Positions 47,423-58,416 of a stretch of DNA of 64,000 bases are shown here, piece by piece. The DNA is taken from contig JAGNLW010000001.1 of NCBI GenBank assembly GCA_017999365.1, positions 669-64,668 of the forward strand. The letters are read 5' to 3'. Every line of letters starts with the position of its first letter. Within the stretch, counting starts at the first letter, position 1. The position numbers and the translations under genes are program-made. The notes under the pieces are model-generated. The model saw only the letters and a list, made by a program, of their open reading frames with translations. It searched no databases and was not told the DNA's origin. This DNA comes from Candidatus Aminicenantes bacterium (GTDB lineage Bacteria; Acidobacteriota; Aminicenantia; Aminicenantales; Saccharicenantaceae).

Positions 47423-48509
47423 TGGCGAACCGCCGCATCCGGACGTTGAGGACCAGGCCGACGGCGATGAAGTTCGTCAGCAGCGACGAGCCGCCGTAGC
47501 TCAGGAACGGCAGGGTGATGCCGACGACCGGGAAGAGGCCGATGATCATCGTGATGTTGACCAGGAACTGGAAAGCGATGAGCAGGGAGGCCGTGAAGAC
47601 GATGTAGACGCCGGCCCGGTCGCGGGCCAGGCCCACCGAAAGGAACATCCGCGCCAGCATGAAGAAATAGAGCCCCATGACGACAAAGACGCCCAGGAAG
47701 CCGGTCTCCTCGCCGATGACCGAGAAGATGAAGTCGGTGTGCCGGGCCGGCAGGAAGCGCAGCCGGCTCTGGGTGCCGTTCATGAAGCCCTTGCCGGCCA
47801 AACCGCCCGAACCGATGGCGATCTTGGACTGGATGACCTGGTACCCCGAGCCGCGGGGGTCGGACAGCGGATTGACCAGGGTCGTCAGGCGCCGTTTCTG
47901 GTAGTCCTTGAGGCCGATCTTCCAGCCGCCGACGCCGAGGACGACGGCGGCCAGGAGGAAGACGATCATGGCCCTCTTCCTCAATCCGGCCAGCACGAAG
48001 GCCCCGCCGACGATAGCCAGGAAGGTCATGGCCGTGCCCAAATCGGGTTGGATGACGATGAGGGCCAGCGGCACGCCGGCGACGAGGACGGCCATCACGG
48101 TAGCCTGCCGCGTCATGGAGGCCCCCCGGTAACCCGAGAAGAGCCGGGCGAAGACGAGGATCATGACGATCTTGGCCAGCTCCGAGGGTTGGAGCTGCAT
48201 CAGCCCCAGGGTGATCCAGCTCCGCGTCCCGGCCACCAGCCGGGCGAAGACCAGCGTCGCCGCCAGGACGCCCACCGTCAGGACGTAGAAGTAGGGCGAG
48301 AGGGCGACGAAGAACTTGTAATCGATCGACAGGACGACGAGGAGGGCGGCCAGGGACACCCCGATCCAGACGAGTTGGCGGACATGGAAGCCGCCGGGCA
48401 GGAAATGGGACGAACTGTAGATGAAAGCCACGCCGATGAGGGCCTGGAGCAGGACCAGGCCGAGCAGCACCCAGTCGATCTCCCGGAACAGCCGGCGGTC
48501 GATCATCAT
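47415..48509 (-). CDS. rodA: Rod shape-determining protein RodA (SEDS)
   Basis: SEDS-family polytopic membrane protein. Start MMIDRRLF overlaps the mrdA stop (ATGA). Confidence 0.9.
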   Translation of the reverse strand: MMIDRRLFREIDWVLLGLVLLQALIGVAFIYSSSHFLPGGFHVRQLVWIGVSLAALLVVLSIDYKFFVALSPYFYVLTVGVLAATLVFARLVAGTRSWITLGLMQLQPSELAKIVMILVFARLFSGYRGASMTRQATVMAVLVAGVPLALIVIQPDLGTAMTFLAIVGGAFVLAGLRKRAMIVFLLAAVVLGVGGWKIGLKDYQKRRLTTLVNPLSDPRGSGYQVIQSKIAIGSGGLAGKGFMNGTQSRLRFLPARHTDFIFSVIGEETGFLGVFVVMGLYFFMLARMFLSVGLARDRAGVYIVFTASLLIAFQFLVNITMIIGLFPVVGITLPFLSYGGSSLLTNFIAVGLVLNVRMRRFANV

Positions 48510-50317
48510 CGGGGCTCGATCTCCCTGGCGAAGGCCTCGAAGATCCGGCCGGCCACGGGAGCGGCCGTGGCCCCCCCGCCGCCGCCGAATTCGACCAGGA
48601 CGGTGACGACGATGCGCGGCCCGACGCGCGGGGCGAAGCCGCTGAACCAGGAGTGCGTCTTGACTTCGCGCCCGGCCCGGGCCAGGGCCGCGGCGCTCTC
48701 CCGGCTCATGGTCTGGGTCGAGCCCGTCTTGCCGCAGACGTCGAAGCCCTCGACGCGCGCCCCTTGTCCCGTGCCGCCGTCGTTGGCCGACCTCCACATC
48801 CCGGCGATGACGCTTTCGTAAGCCGCGCGCCCGAGCGCGGCCCCGGCCGCTTCCGGCGCGGCCGGCGCGTCCGTCCGGGCGCCCTCGCCGGCGACGAGGT
48901 GGGGCGGGGGCATGGCCTCGCCGCGCCGGGCGACCAGAGCGGTCAGGGCCGCGATCTGCAGGGGCGTCACCTGGAGCTGGCCCTGGCCGATGGCGACCGA
49001 GATCGTCTCTCCGGGGTACCAGGGCGCCTTGAGGGCCGTGCGCTTCCACTGCGTGCTCGGAACGAGGCCCTCTTTCTCCCCGACCAGGTCGACGCCCGTC
49101 CGGCGGCCGAGGCCCAGCCGTCCCGCGGCCGCCGCGATGAGATCGATGCCCATCCGCTGGCCGAGCCGGTAGAAGTAGATGTTGCACGAGTTCTTGATGG
49201 CGTTCTCGAGGTCCATGGCCCCGTGACCCGGCTCGTACCAGCAGTGCCGGACGGCGCCGTAGATCTCGGTCGATCCGGAACAGTAGACCGAGGTCGAAGG
49301 ATCGACGAAGCCGTTGGCCAGGCCGCCCAGGCCCATGACCAGCTTGAAGATCGAGCCCGGCGCGTAGAGCCCCCGGATGGCCCGGTTCTCCAGCGGGGAG
49401 AGCGGGTCGGTCATGAGCTGGGACCATTCGGCCGGGGTGAACCGGGTGATGAACTTGTTCGGATCGTAGGTCGGGTTGCTGGCCAGCGCCAGGATGCCGC
49501 CCGTCCCCGGATCGAGGGCGACCACGACGCCCTCGCGTCCCTCTAGGGCCTGTTCGGCGATCCGCTGCAGCCGGACGTCGATGGTCAGGACCAGGGGCGT
49601 TCCGGGGGTGGGGTTCGTCCGGGCCCTGACGCTCTGCACCCGGCCCAGGCTGTCGACGGTCTCGTAGAGGGCGCCGTCGGCGCCGCGGAGGAGGTCGTCG
49701 TAGACCCGCTCCAGGCCGCTGCGCCCGATCATCTGGCCCGGCCGCAGCCGGCCTTCCGGCCGGGACCTGATCTCGGCCGGGGTCGGCTCCTGGAGGTAGC
49801 CGAGGACGTGGGCCGCCAGCGTCCCGCCCGGATACCAGCGCTGCGGTTCGGCCTCGACCTCGATCTCTCGGAACTCCCGCCGCCGGCTCTCGATGGGATA
49901 GATGTCCTCCGGCCTGAGGCCGTCGGCGACGACGATGGGCTCGAACAGCGGCAGGTCCTTGTGCAGGTCGACGCGGGCCCGCAGGGTGGCCTCGTCGAGG
50001 CCCAGAAGGCCGCTCAGGCGGGAGAAGATGTCGGCCGGGTCCTTGATCCGCTCGCGCACGAGGGAGACCTTGAAAGCGGCCCGGTTGTCGGCCAGGATGA
50101 CCCGGTTGCGGTCGAGGACGAGGCCGCGGGGGGCCGTCTGGACCCGCATCCGGGTCTGGTTGGCCTCGGCCATGCCGGCGAACTTGCGGTGATCGAGGAT
50201 CTGGACCTTCCAGTAGTAGACGAGGACCAGGGCCAGGACCGCGGCCACGGCCAGGAACACGGCCCGGGCCCGCCGGCGGACGAGCGTCAGGTCCTCGTAG
50301 ATCCCGTCGACGGGCAT
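48506..50317 (-). CDS. mrdA: Penicillin-binding protein 2
   Basis: Transpeptidase motifs STFK-like (SIFK), SCN and KTG. Start trimmed to MPVDGIYEDL. Confidence 0.9.
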   Translation of the reverse strand: MPVDGIYEDLTLVRRRARAVFLAVAAVLALVLVYYWKVQILDHRKFAGMAEANQTRMRVQTAPRGLVLDRNRVILADNRAAFKVSLVRERIKDPADIFSRLSGLLGLDEATLRARVDLHKDLPLFEPIVVADGLRPEDIYPIESRRREFREIEVEAEPQRWYPGGTLAAHVLGYLQEPTPAEIRSRPEGRLRPGQMIGRSGLERVYDDLLRGADGALYETVDSLGRVQSVRARTNPTPGTPLVLTIDVRLQRIAEQALEGREGVVVALDPGTGGILALASNPTYDPNKFITRFTPAEWSQLMTDPLSPLENRAIRGLYAPGSIFKLVMGLGGLANGFVDPSTSVYCSGSTEIYGAVRHCWYEPGHGAMDLENAIKNSCNIYFYRLGQRMGIDLIAAAAGRLGLGRRTGVDLVGEKEGLVPSTQWKRTALKAPWYPGETISVAIGQGQLQVTPLQIAALTALVARRGEAMPPPHLVAGEGARTDAPAAPEAAGAALGRAAYESVIAGMWRSANDGGTGQGARVEGFDVCGKTGSTQTMSRESAAALARAGREVKTHSWFSGFAPRVGPRIVVTVLVEFGGGGGATAAPVAGRIFEAFAREIEPR

Positions 50318-50820
50318 CAGCCGCCTCGGGCCCGCCGGGCCCCGATCCGCCGCTCGAGCACCGCGAGCGAGCTGGCCAGGACCGCGGTGACGAGGGGCTG
50401 CACGAACAGGAGCCCGCCGTGCAGGGCGATGGATTCGAGACGGACGACCGCGGTGATGAGGACCCACAACAGCATCTCGGCCACGGACATGACCAGCAGG
50501 AACAGGGCGTGCCGGCCGAACGGCGCCACGTCGATGCGGCGCGAGACGTAGCCGGTCCAGAAGCCGAGCAGGGTCTTGGTCAGACCGGCGACGCCGAAGA
50601 CCCCGAGCGTGAAGGCGTCCTGGACGAGGCCGCAGGCCGTGCCGAGCAGGGCCCCGAAGACCTCTCCGCGGCGGACCGAGAAATGGAGGACGACGACGGA
50701 GAAGGCGTTGAAGACGACGAGCCACTCCGGCGCCGCGGCGCCGGCCAGGGCGTAGGCCCCGACGGCAGCCAGCACGGCCGCGAGGGCGACGAGGGCGTCC
50801 TTGGCGACGGTCTCCCTCAC
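50317..50820 (-). CDS. mreD: Rod shape-determining protein MreD
   Basis: Small polytopic membrane protein between mreC and mrdA. Confidence 0.8.
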   Translation of the reverse strand: MRETVAKDALVALAAVLAAVGAYALAGAAAPEWLVVFNAFSVVVLHFSVRRGEVFGALLGTACGLVQDAFTLGVFGVAGLTKTLLGFWTGYVSRRIDVAPFGRHALFLLVMSVAEMLLWVLITAVVRLESIALHGGLLFVQPLVTAVLASSLAVLERRIGARRARGG

Positions 50821-51657
50821 GGGCGGCCTCCCGGCCCCTTGGTCAGGACGGCCACGACGTCCAGGGCGTCGAAGCGGAGATAGGGGGTGACGGTGATGCG
50901 CCGGAACACGGGCGAGGCCTCGTCCGGCTCGAGGCGGCGGATGGTGCCGACCCGGATCCCGGCCGGGTAGATGCGGTCGAACCCGGTCGTCAGCAGCTCT
51001 TCGCCGACCTCCCCGCCCTGGACCGAGGCCAGGACGTAGCGGAGCTCGCAGACCGGGCCGGACTGGCCGGTCAGGGAGCCCGTCAGGCCGGCCACCGCCG
51101 AGGTCACGCTGACGCTGCTGTCCTTGTCCGTGACCAGCTGGACCATGGCCTCCTTCAGGCTGACCGGGGCGATGGTCCGGCCGACGAGGTGGCCGAAGCG
51201 GTCGCAGACGGCCATGTCGGGGCCCACGCCGTCGAGACTGCCCTTGTCGATGAAGACGGACTGGTGGGGATTGGCGCTGTCGACCCCGATCGTCCGGGCC
51301 ACGACGAGGGAGGCCCTGAACCCGGCCAGGCTGCGTCGGAGCTCGTCCTCGGAGGCCTGGGCCCGCAGGCGGTCCCCGAGGAAGCGGACGTCCTGGTTGA
51401 GGAAGAAGACCTCGCGCTTGAGCTTCTGGTTCTCGGCCCGGACGCCGCGCAGGTCGAAGTACCCCTGCCAGGTCGAGACGACGCCGCGGACGACGGCCGC
51501 GGCGGCCCGCTCGACCGGCGAGAAGACGAAGAAGACGGAGCGCTCGAAGAGCGACTTCTCCGCCCCGCGCGGGACCTGGATGGAGATGAGCAGGATGTGG
51601 AAGGCCGCCAGTCCGGCGAGGACGAGGGCGCTTCGTCTCTTCTCCCAGAAGGGCATG
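50817..51657 (-). CDS. mreC: Rod shape-determining protein MreC
   Basis: Signal-anchor, coiled coil and beta domains. Trimmed from the 1147-aa shadow ORF. Confidence 0.85.
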
Positions 51658-51685
51658 ACACCTCGCGGGCCTCGGCCGGGCCCCT

Positions 51686-52717
<1,032 letters not shown>

Positions 52718-52871
52718 GTTGCTTCTCTCTCCGCCGGGGACCTTTGTAACACAATTCGCCCCCCGAGGCAAATGCCTCTTTCCCGGGGACGGGCCGGCTT
52801 GACTTGGGGCCGGTTTCCAAGTAAGAAAAGGGGGCGCCCGCGCGCCCGAGCCTACGGAAAGGAGTCCCCGC

Positions 52872-54917
52872 TTGAGCCATCAACCCTACGTCCCCGAGAA
52901 ATCGGACATGAAGGAGTTCACCCTCCGGGCCATCCTCATCGGCCTGGTGCTGACCGTCATCCTCGGCGCGGCCAACGCCTACCTCGGCCTGCGGGCCGGC
53001 ATGACCATCGCCGCCACCTACCCGGCGGCCGTCATCGGCATGGCCGTCCTCAAGGTCATGAAGGGTTCGATCCTCGAGGAGAACATCGCCCGGACCATCG
53101 GCTCCATCGGCGAATCGATCGCCGCGGGGGCCATCTTCACCATCCCGGCCTTCGTCATCGCCGGGGCCTGGACGAACTTCAACTCGTTCGACGCCTACAT
53201 CAAGTCGTCCATGCTGATGTTCGTCGGCGGCCTGCTGGGCATCCTGTTCGTGACCTTCCTCCGCCGGGTCATGGTCACCGACCCCGACCTCGTCTTCCCC
53301 GAGTCCGTCGCGGCGGCCGAGATCCACAAGGCCGGCCAGAAGGGCAGCCAGGGCTCCCGGCACCTCTTCCAGGCCATGGGCCTCGGCGCCCTCCTCTATT
53401 CGCTCGGCGTCATCCAGCTCTTCGCCGCCAGCAAGGACTTCGTCATCCGGGTCGGCCGGATCGGGGCCAGCTTCGTCCGCCTCGGCGCGGCCAAGGACGC
53501 CCCGACCCTCGGCGCCGGCGGCACCGTGGCCGTGTCCGGACCGGGCATCTTCCCGGCCTACATCGGCGTCGGCTACATCATCGGCCCCCGCCTGGCCGCC
53601 CTGAACTTCGCCGGCGGCGTCCTGGCCTGGGGCCTGTTCGCGCCCCTGCTGATGTTCTTCCTCGGCCCCCAGCTCATCCCCGTCTTCTACGGGCCCGGGG
53701 TGGCCGCCGCCGACGTCAACTGGATCGACATGGTCACCAACGTCTGGAAGTTCATCATCCGGCCCATCGCCGTCGGCGGCATGCTCGTCGGCGCCGGCTA
53801 CACCCTCTACAAGATGCGCAAGAACCTGGGCGCCGGCCTGAAGCGCTCCATCGGCGACGTCAAGAAGGCCGCCGGGCAGGCCGAGGTCGTCTCCCGGGTC
53901 GAGAAGGACCTCAACATGAAGGTCGTCATGGTCCTCATGGCCCTGACGTTCCTGCTCATGGTCTTCGTCTACCAGACCTTCTCGAAGTCCTTCGGTTCGG
54001 CCCTCCTGGCCGCGGTGGTCATGGCCATCGCCGGCTTCTTCTTCGCCGCCGTCTCCGGCAACCTGGTCGGGACGATCGGCTCCTCGAACAATCCCATTTC
54101 GGGACTGACCCTGTCGACGCTCATCATCGCCGCCCTGCTCATGGTCCTCGTCGGGGCCACCGGGCTCGAGGGCGTCGCGGCCGTCCTGGGCGTGGCCGCG
54201 GTCGTCTGCGTCTCCTCGGCCGTCGCCGGCGAGATGCTCCAGGACCTCAAGGTCGGCCACATCCTCGGCGGCACGCCGTACAAGATGCAGATCGGCAACA
54301 TCTTCGGCATCCTCATCGCCTCGCTGGTCATGTACTTCCCGCTCATGCTCCTCAACGGCGCCTTCACCTTCGGCAGCAAGGACCTGCCCGCCCCCCAGGC
54401 CGGCCTGATGGCCGCCCTATCGCAGGGCATCGTCGGCGGCGAGATGGCCTGGCCTCTGGTCATCGTCGGCATGCTCATGGGCTTCGCCCTCATCCTGGTC
54501 CAGGTCAAGTCGCCCATGCTCGTGGCCGTCGGCATGTACCTGCCGCTCGAGACGACCTTCGCCATCTTCGTCGGCGGCATGATCAAGGGCCTGGCCGACA
54601 AGGCCATGGCCAAGCGCAAGTTCAACGCCGCGCAGACGGCCCGCTCGACCAACGTCGGCATCCTGCTCGCCGCCGGCCTGATCGCCGGCGAGGGCCTCAT
54701 GGGCCTCGTCCGGGCGGCCTGGAAGTTCTTCTTCCTGCAGAACGTCATCTCGTTCGACATCCCGGCCGTCTTCAAGAGCGGCAAGTATTTCGGCGGCGTC
54801 GACCTCTACGTCGGCGGCCTGGTCGTCCTCGCCCTCATCGGCTGGTACTTGATCCGGATCCCGCTCAAGAACGCCGGCGCCGCGGACGAGCCGCCGCCGC
54901 CCTCCGCCGTCATCTGA
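52872..54917 (+). CDS. OPT-family oligopeptide transporter
   Basis: About 16 TM helices of the OPT superfamily. TTG start preceded by GGAAAGGAG. Confidence 0.85.
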   Translation: MSHQPYVPEKSDMKEFTLRAILIGLVLTVILGAANAYLGLRAGMTIAATYPAAVIGMAVLKVMKGSILEENIARTIGSIGESIAAGAIFTIPAFVIAGAWTNFNSFDAYIKSSMLMFVGGLLGILFVTFLRRVMVTDPDLVFPESVAAAEIHKAGQKGSQGSRHLFQAMGLGALLYSLGVIQLFAASKDFVIRVGRIGASFVRLGAAKDAPTLGAGGTVAVSGPGIFPAYIGVGYIIGPRLAALNFAGGVLAWGLFAPLLMFFLGPQLIPVFYGPGVAAADVNWIDMVTNVWKFIIRPIAVGGMLVGAGYTLYKMRKNLGAGLKRSIGDVKKAAGQAEVVSRVEKDLNMKVVMVLMALTFLLMVFVYQTFSKSFGSALLAAVVMAIAGFFFAAVSGNLVGTIGSSNNPISGLTLSTLIIAALLMVLVGATGLEGVAAVLGVAAVVCVSSAVAGEMLQDLKVGHILGGTPYKMQIGNIFGILIASLVMYFPLMLLNGAFTFGSKDLPAPQAGLMAALSQGIVGGEMAWPLVIVGMLMGFALILVQVKSPMLVAVGMYLPLETTFAIFVGGMIKGLADKAMAKRKFNAAQTARSTNVGILLAAGLIAGEGLMGLVRAAWKFFFLQNVISFDIPAVFKSGKYFGGVDLYVGGLVVLALIGWYLIRIPLKNAGAADEPPPPSAVI

Positions 54918-54924
54918 TCCCTCG

Positions 54925-54960
54925 GGGGACACGTACCTCAGGTACGTGTCCCCTTTTTTC
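54925..54960 (+). terminator. Rho-independent terminator after the OPT gene
   Basis: Stem GGGGACACGTACC/GGTACGTGTCCCC with loop TCA, followed by TTTTTTCT. Confidence 0.8.
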
Positions 54961-55043
54961 TCCTGTGTCGGCCGATATCGGACGGCGAGGGGGGGACGAG
55001 GCTGGCCCCTGAGACGCTCGGAAGGCCGACGAAACTAGCGCTT

Positions 55044-55073
55044 TTGCAGGAACGGCGGGTTTTCGGCTAAAAT
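55044..55073 (+). promoter_or_regulatory. Putative promoter of def–fmt (TTGCAG-17-TAAAAT)
   Basis: Hexamers with a 17-nt spacer. RBS AGGATGA precedes the ATG at 55091. Confidence 0.45.
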
Positions 55074-55090
55074 AGGCGCAGGATGACAAG

Positions 55091-55606
55091 ATGGCCCTGA
55101 GAGAGATCCGCATCATCGGCGACCCGGTCCTGGCCCGCAAGGCCGATCCGGTCGAGCGCGTCGATGACGAGGTCGTCCGCCTGGCTCGCGACATGATCGA
55201 GACGCTCCACGCCGCGCCCGGCATCGGCCTGGCCGCGCCCCAGGTCGGCGTCGGCCGGCGCGTCATCGTCGTCGACCTCTCCGTCGGAGAGGACCCGGAC
55301 GCCCTCCACATCGTCGTCAATCCGGAGATCGTCGCCAAGGAAGGAGAGTCCGTCTGCGAGGAGGGCTGCCTGTCGGTCCCCGACATCCGGGAGAAGGTCG
55401 CGCGGCCTTACCGGGTCGTCGTCCGCGGCCTCGACCTCGAGGGGCAGCCGATCGAGATCGAAAGCGAAGACATCCTGGCCAGGGCCTTTTGCCACGAGAT
55501 CGACCACCTCGACGGCATCCTGTTCGTCGAGAAGCTCTCGCCCCTCAAGCGGGCCCTGGTCCGCAAGAAGCTCAAGAAGAGCGCGGCGGCCCCGGCCCGG
55601 GCATGA
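55091..55606 (+). CDS. def: Peptide deformylase
   Basis: GIGLAAPQ, EGCLS and HEIDH motifs. Confidence 0.95.
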   Translation: MALREIRIIGDPVLARKADPVERVDDEVVRLARDMIETLHAAPGIGLAAPQVGVGRRVIVVDLSVGEDPDALHIVVNPEIVAKEGESVCEEGCLSVPDIREKVARPYRVVVRGLDLEGQPIEIESEDILARAFCHEIDHLDGILFVEKLSPLKRALVRKKLKKSAAAPARA

Positions 55607-56619
55607 AGACCGTCTTTTTCGGCAGCCCGGCCGCGGCCCTGCCGTCACTCGAGGCCGTCCTGGCCGCCGGGCACACCGTCGAGCTCGTCGTCACCCAACC
55701 CGACAAACCCGCCGGACGCGGCCGCCGCCTGACCCCGTCCCCGGTCAAAGCCCTGGCCCTGGAGAAGGGGCTGCCCGTCATCGAGCCCGCCCGCATCCGG
55801 ACCGACGCCGCGGCCCTGGAGCGGATCACGGCCGCCCGGCCCGACGTCAACCTCGTCGTCGCCTACGGCCAGATCATCCCCCGGGCCGTCCACTATTTTC
55901 CCCCCTACCATTCCCTCAACGTCCACTTCTCGCTCCTGCCGAAGTACCGCGGCGCCGCCCCGGTCCAATGGACGGTCCTCAACGGGGACGCCGAGACGGG
56001 CGTGTCCGTCATCGAGCTCGACGACCGCATGGACGAAGGGGATATTCTGGCCGTCGAGCGGACGCCGGTCGGACCCCGCGAGACGGCCGCGGCCCTCGAG
56101 GACCGGTTGGCCGTCCTGGGCGCCCGGCTGCTCGTCACGACCCTGAGCAGGATCGACACGGTGCCCCATCTCCGGCAGAACCATGCCCTGGCCACCCTGG
56201 CCCCCAAGGTCCGCAAGGAGGACGGCCGGCTCGATTGGGCGCGGCCGGCCGATGAGATCGACCGCCGGGTCCTGGCGCTGGCCGACCGGCCCGGGACCTA
56301 CACTTCGGTCCAAGGGCGCCGGATGAACGTCCTGCAGGGCCAGGCGCTAGGCTCCATCGAGGGCTATTGGCCTATCCGGCCGCTTGACCGTCAAGGCGCA
56401 GTGAGAAGGATGGTCAGAGGGACGGCCGGCCGTGCCCAAGCGATGGCCGCGCCGCCAGGTACCGTCATCTGGATCGACAAGCCGGGTCTTGAAGTCGCCT
56501 GCGGAGACGGGACGGCCTTCCTCATCGAGAAGGTGCGGCCCGAGGGCAAAGGCGACATGACCGCCCACGCTTTCTCCCTGGGAGCGAAGCTCTCCCCCGG
56601 CGATCTGTTGGGGGAATAG
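55603..56619 (+). CDS. fmt: Methionyl-tRNA formyltransferase
   Basis: Formyltransferase N-domain (SLLPKYRGAAP) and C-terminal domain. ATGA overlap with def. Confidence 0.9.
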   Translation: MKTVFFGSPAAALPSLEAVLAAGHTVELVVTQPDKPAGRGRRLTPSPVKALALEKGLPVIEPARIRTDAAALERITAARPDVNLVVAYGQIIPRAVHYFPPYHSLNVHFSLLPKYRGAAPVQWTVLNGDAETGVSVIELDDRMDEGDILAVERTPVGPRETAAALEDRLAVLGARLLVTTLSRIDTVPHLRQNHALATLAPKVRKEDGRLDWARPADEIDRRVLALADRPGTYTSVQGRRMNVLQGQALGSIEGYWPIRPLDRQGAVRRMVRGTAGRAQAMAAPPGTVIWIDKPGLEVACGDGTAFLIEKVRPEGKGDMTAHAFSLGAKLSPGDLLGE

Positions 56620-56634
56620 CCCGAGAGGGCGGGG

Positions 56635-57558
56635 CTATTCTTCGAGCAGGAAAGACCGCGGATCGACCCTCTTGCCGTCCCGGAAGACCTCGTAGTGGAC
56701 GTGGGGGCCGGCGGCCTTGCCGGTCTGGCCGATGTAGCCGATGATGTCCCGCCGCTTGACCCGCTGGCCGGCCTTGACGTTGAAGTTGCTCATGTGGCCG
56801 TAAACGGTCGTGAAGCCGTTGCCGTGGCTGATGGTGACGTTCTTGCCCAGGTACTTGTCGGTCTCGACCTTGATGACGATGCCGTCGGCCGTGGCCAGGA
56901 TGGGGTTGCCGATGTTGGTCGAGATATCGAGGCCCCAGTGCATGACCCAGGCCCCGGTGAAGGGGTCGTTGCGGTGGCCGTAGACCGAGCTGATCCAGCC
57001 GGCCGCCGGCATGATGGAGGGGGTCGTCGCCAAGCGCAGGCTGTCGCTCTCGAAGAAGCTCAGCAGGCTGTTGAGGTTGCTCTCGATGCTCTGGGCCTTC
57101 TGGCTGAGGTTCTGGATCGTCCCGGGGGTCAGGACCTGGGGGCCGCTCCCGCCCGGGACCTGGATCGGTTCGGGCTCGGGCTCGGGAACGTCCTTGTCGG
57201 GCTCTCCCCCGCCGATCCCGGCCGGGGCGGTCAGGACGTCGGGCGATTTCAGGCCGGCCATGACGTTGAGCTTCTTGGTATAGCTCTCGAAATGGGAGAT
57301 GGTCGACCGAAGCTCGGTGATGGACTTCTCGTAGCCGGCGATGAGGGTCCTCTGCTCGGCCGTTTCCGCCATGAGGGCCTTGTACCGGCCCCGGATGACG
57401 CTCATCCGTACGTAGTCGACCAGGACGGCCGTCAGGAAGAGGGCCAGGACCGCTCCCGCCGCCGCCAGGATCTTCAAGGTCCGCCGGGAGAAGCACAGCG
57501 TACGGGTGCTGGTCTTCGTATGGGGGACGATGATGACCGAGAGGTGATTTTTGGGCAT
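56635..57558 (-). CDS. M23-family peptidase (murein endopeptidase-like) with coiled-coil N-region
   Basis: HxxxD and HxH zinc-binding motifs (HWGLDI, HVHYEV). Confidence 0.85.
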   Translation of the reverse strand: MPKNHLSVIIVPHTKTSTRTLCFSRRTLKILAAAGAVLALFLTAVLVDYVRMSVIRGRYKALMAETAEQRTLIAGYEKSITELRSTISHFESYTKKLNVMAGLKSPDVLTAPAGIGGGEPDKDVPEPEPEPIQVPGGSGPQVLTPGTIQNLSQKAQSIESNLNSLLSFFESDSLRLATTPSIMPAAGWISSVYGHRNDPFTGAWVMHWGLDISTNIGNPILATADGIVIKVETDKYLGKNVTISHGNGFTTVYGHMSNFNVKAGQRVKRRDIIGYIGQTGKAAGPHVHYEVFRDGKRVDPRSFLLEE

Positions 57559-57606
57559 TTGACCTCGCCCTTTTCTACCATACGGGCCGAAAAGGTGTCA
57601 ATACTT

Positions 57607-57631
57607 AAAAAGGGGGAATCTCCGCCCCCCT
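57607..57631 (-). terminator. Putative terminator after the SDR gene
   Basis: On the minus strand: GGGGG, a 9-nt loop, CCCCC, followed by TTTTT. Confidence 0.45.
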
Positions 57632-57654
57632 CCCTTGGCTAGCCTGGAATGCCC

Positions 57655-58416
57655 TCATCCCCCGCAGAGGACGGCCCCCCCGTTGACGTCCAGGATCTCG
57701 CCCGTGATGTGCCTGGCCAGGTCGGAGGCCAGGAACAGGATGGGCCCGGCGATGTCCTCGGCCGGGGGGATGCGCTTCAGGGGGATGGACAGGCGGACCT
57801 TCTCCTTGAAATCGGGGTCGCTGAAGCTGGGGGCGCTCATGTCTGTATCCACCCAGCCGGGAGCCACGCAGTTGACCCGGATGCCGAAGGGGGCCAGTTC
57901 CACGGCCAGGGACTTGGTCAGGGAGTGGAGGGCCCCCTTGCTGGCGGCGTAGTGGGAGTGGAAGGCCTCCCCCCGGACCCCGGCCGTCGAGGTGACGTTG
58001 ACGATCCAGCCCCGGCCGCGCTCCTTCATGGCCGGAACGACGGCGTCGATGCCGTAGAAGACGCCGTCGACGTTGACGCCGATGGTCTCCCTGTAGACGG
58101 ACTCGTCCATCCGGCCCATCTCCAGGTAGGTCCAGATGCCGGCGTTGTTGACCAGGGTGTCGAGCTCCCCCCACTTGGACTGGACGTCGCCGACCATGCC
58201 ATAGACATCCTCCCGGGAAGACATCTCGGCCTTGTAGGCGAGCGCCCGCCGCCCCAGCGCCTCCACCTCGCGGACGACCTCGTCGGCCGCCTTGCGGTTG
58301 GTGGCGTAGCTGATGGCGACGTCGGCCCCGGCCCGGGCGAACAGGAGGGCGGCGGCCCTGCCGATGCCCCGCGAACCGCCCGTGATGAGGGCCTTTCGGC
58401 CGTCGAGGCGGATCAT
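57655..58416 (-). CDS. SDR-family oxidoreductase (FabG-like)
   Basis: TGGSRGIG Rossmann motif and YxxxK motif. Confidence 0.9.
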   Translation of the reverse strand: MIRLDGRKALITGGSRGIGRAAALLFARAGADVAISYATNRKAADEVVREVEALGRRALAYKAEMSSREDVYGMVGDVQSKWGELDTLVNNAGIWTYLEMGRMDESVYRETIGVNVDGVFYGIDAVVPAMKERGRGWIVNVTSTAGVRGEAFHSHYAASKGALHSLTKSLAVELAPFGIRVNCVAPGWVDTDMSAPSFSDPDFKEKVRLSIPLKRIPPAEDIAGPILFLASDLARHITGEILDVNGGAVLCGG

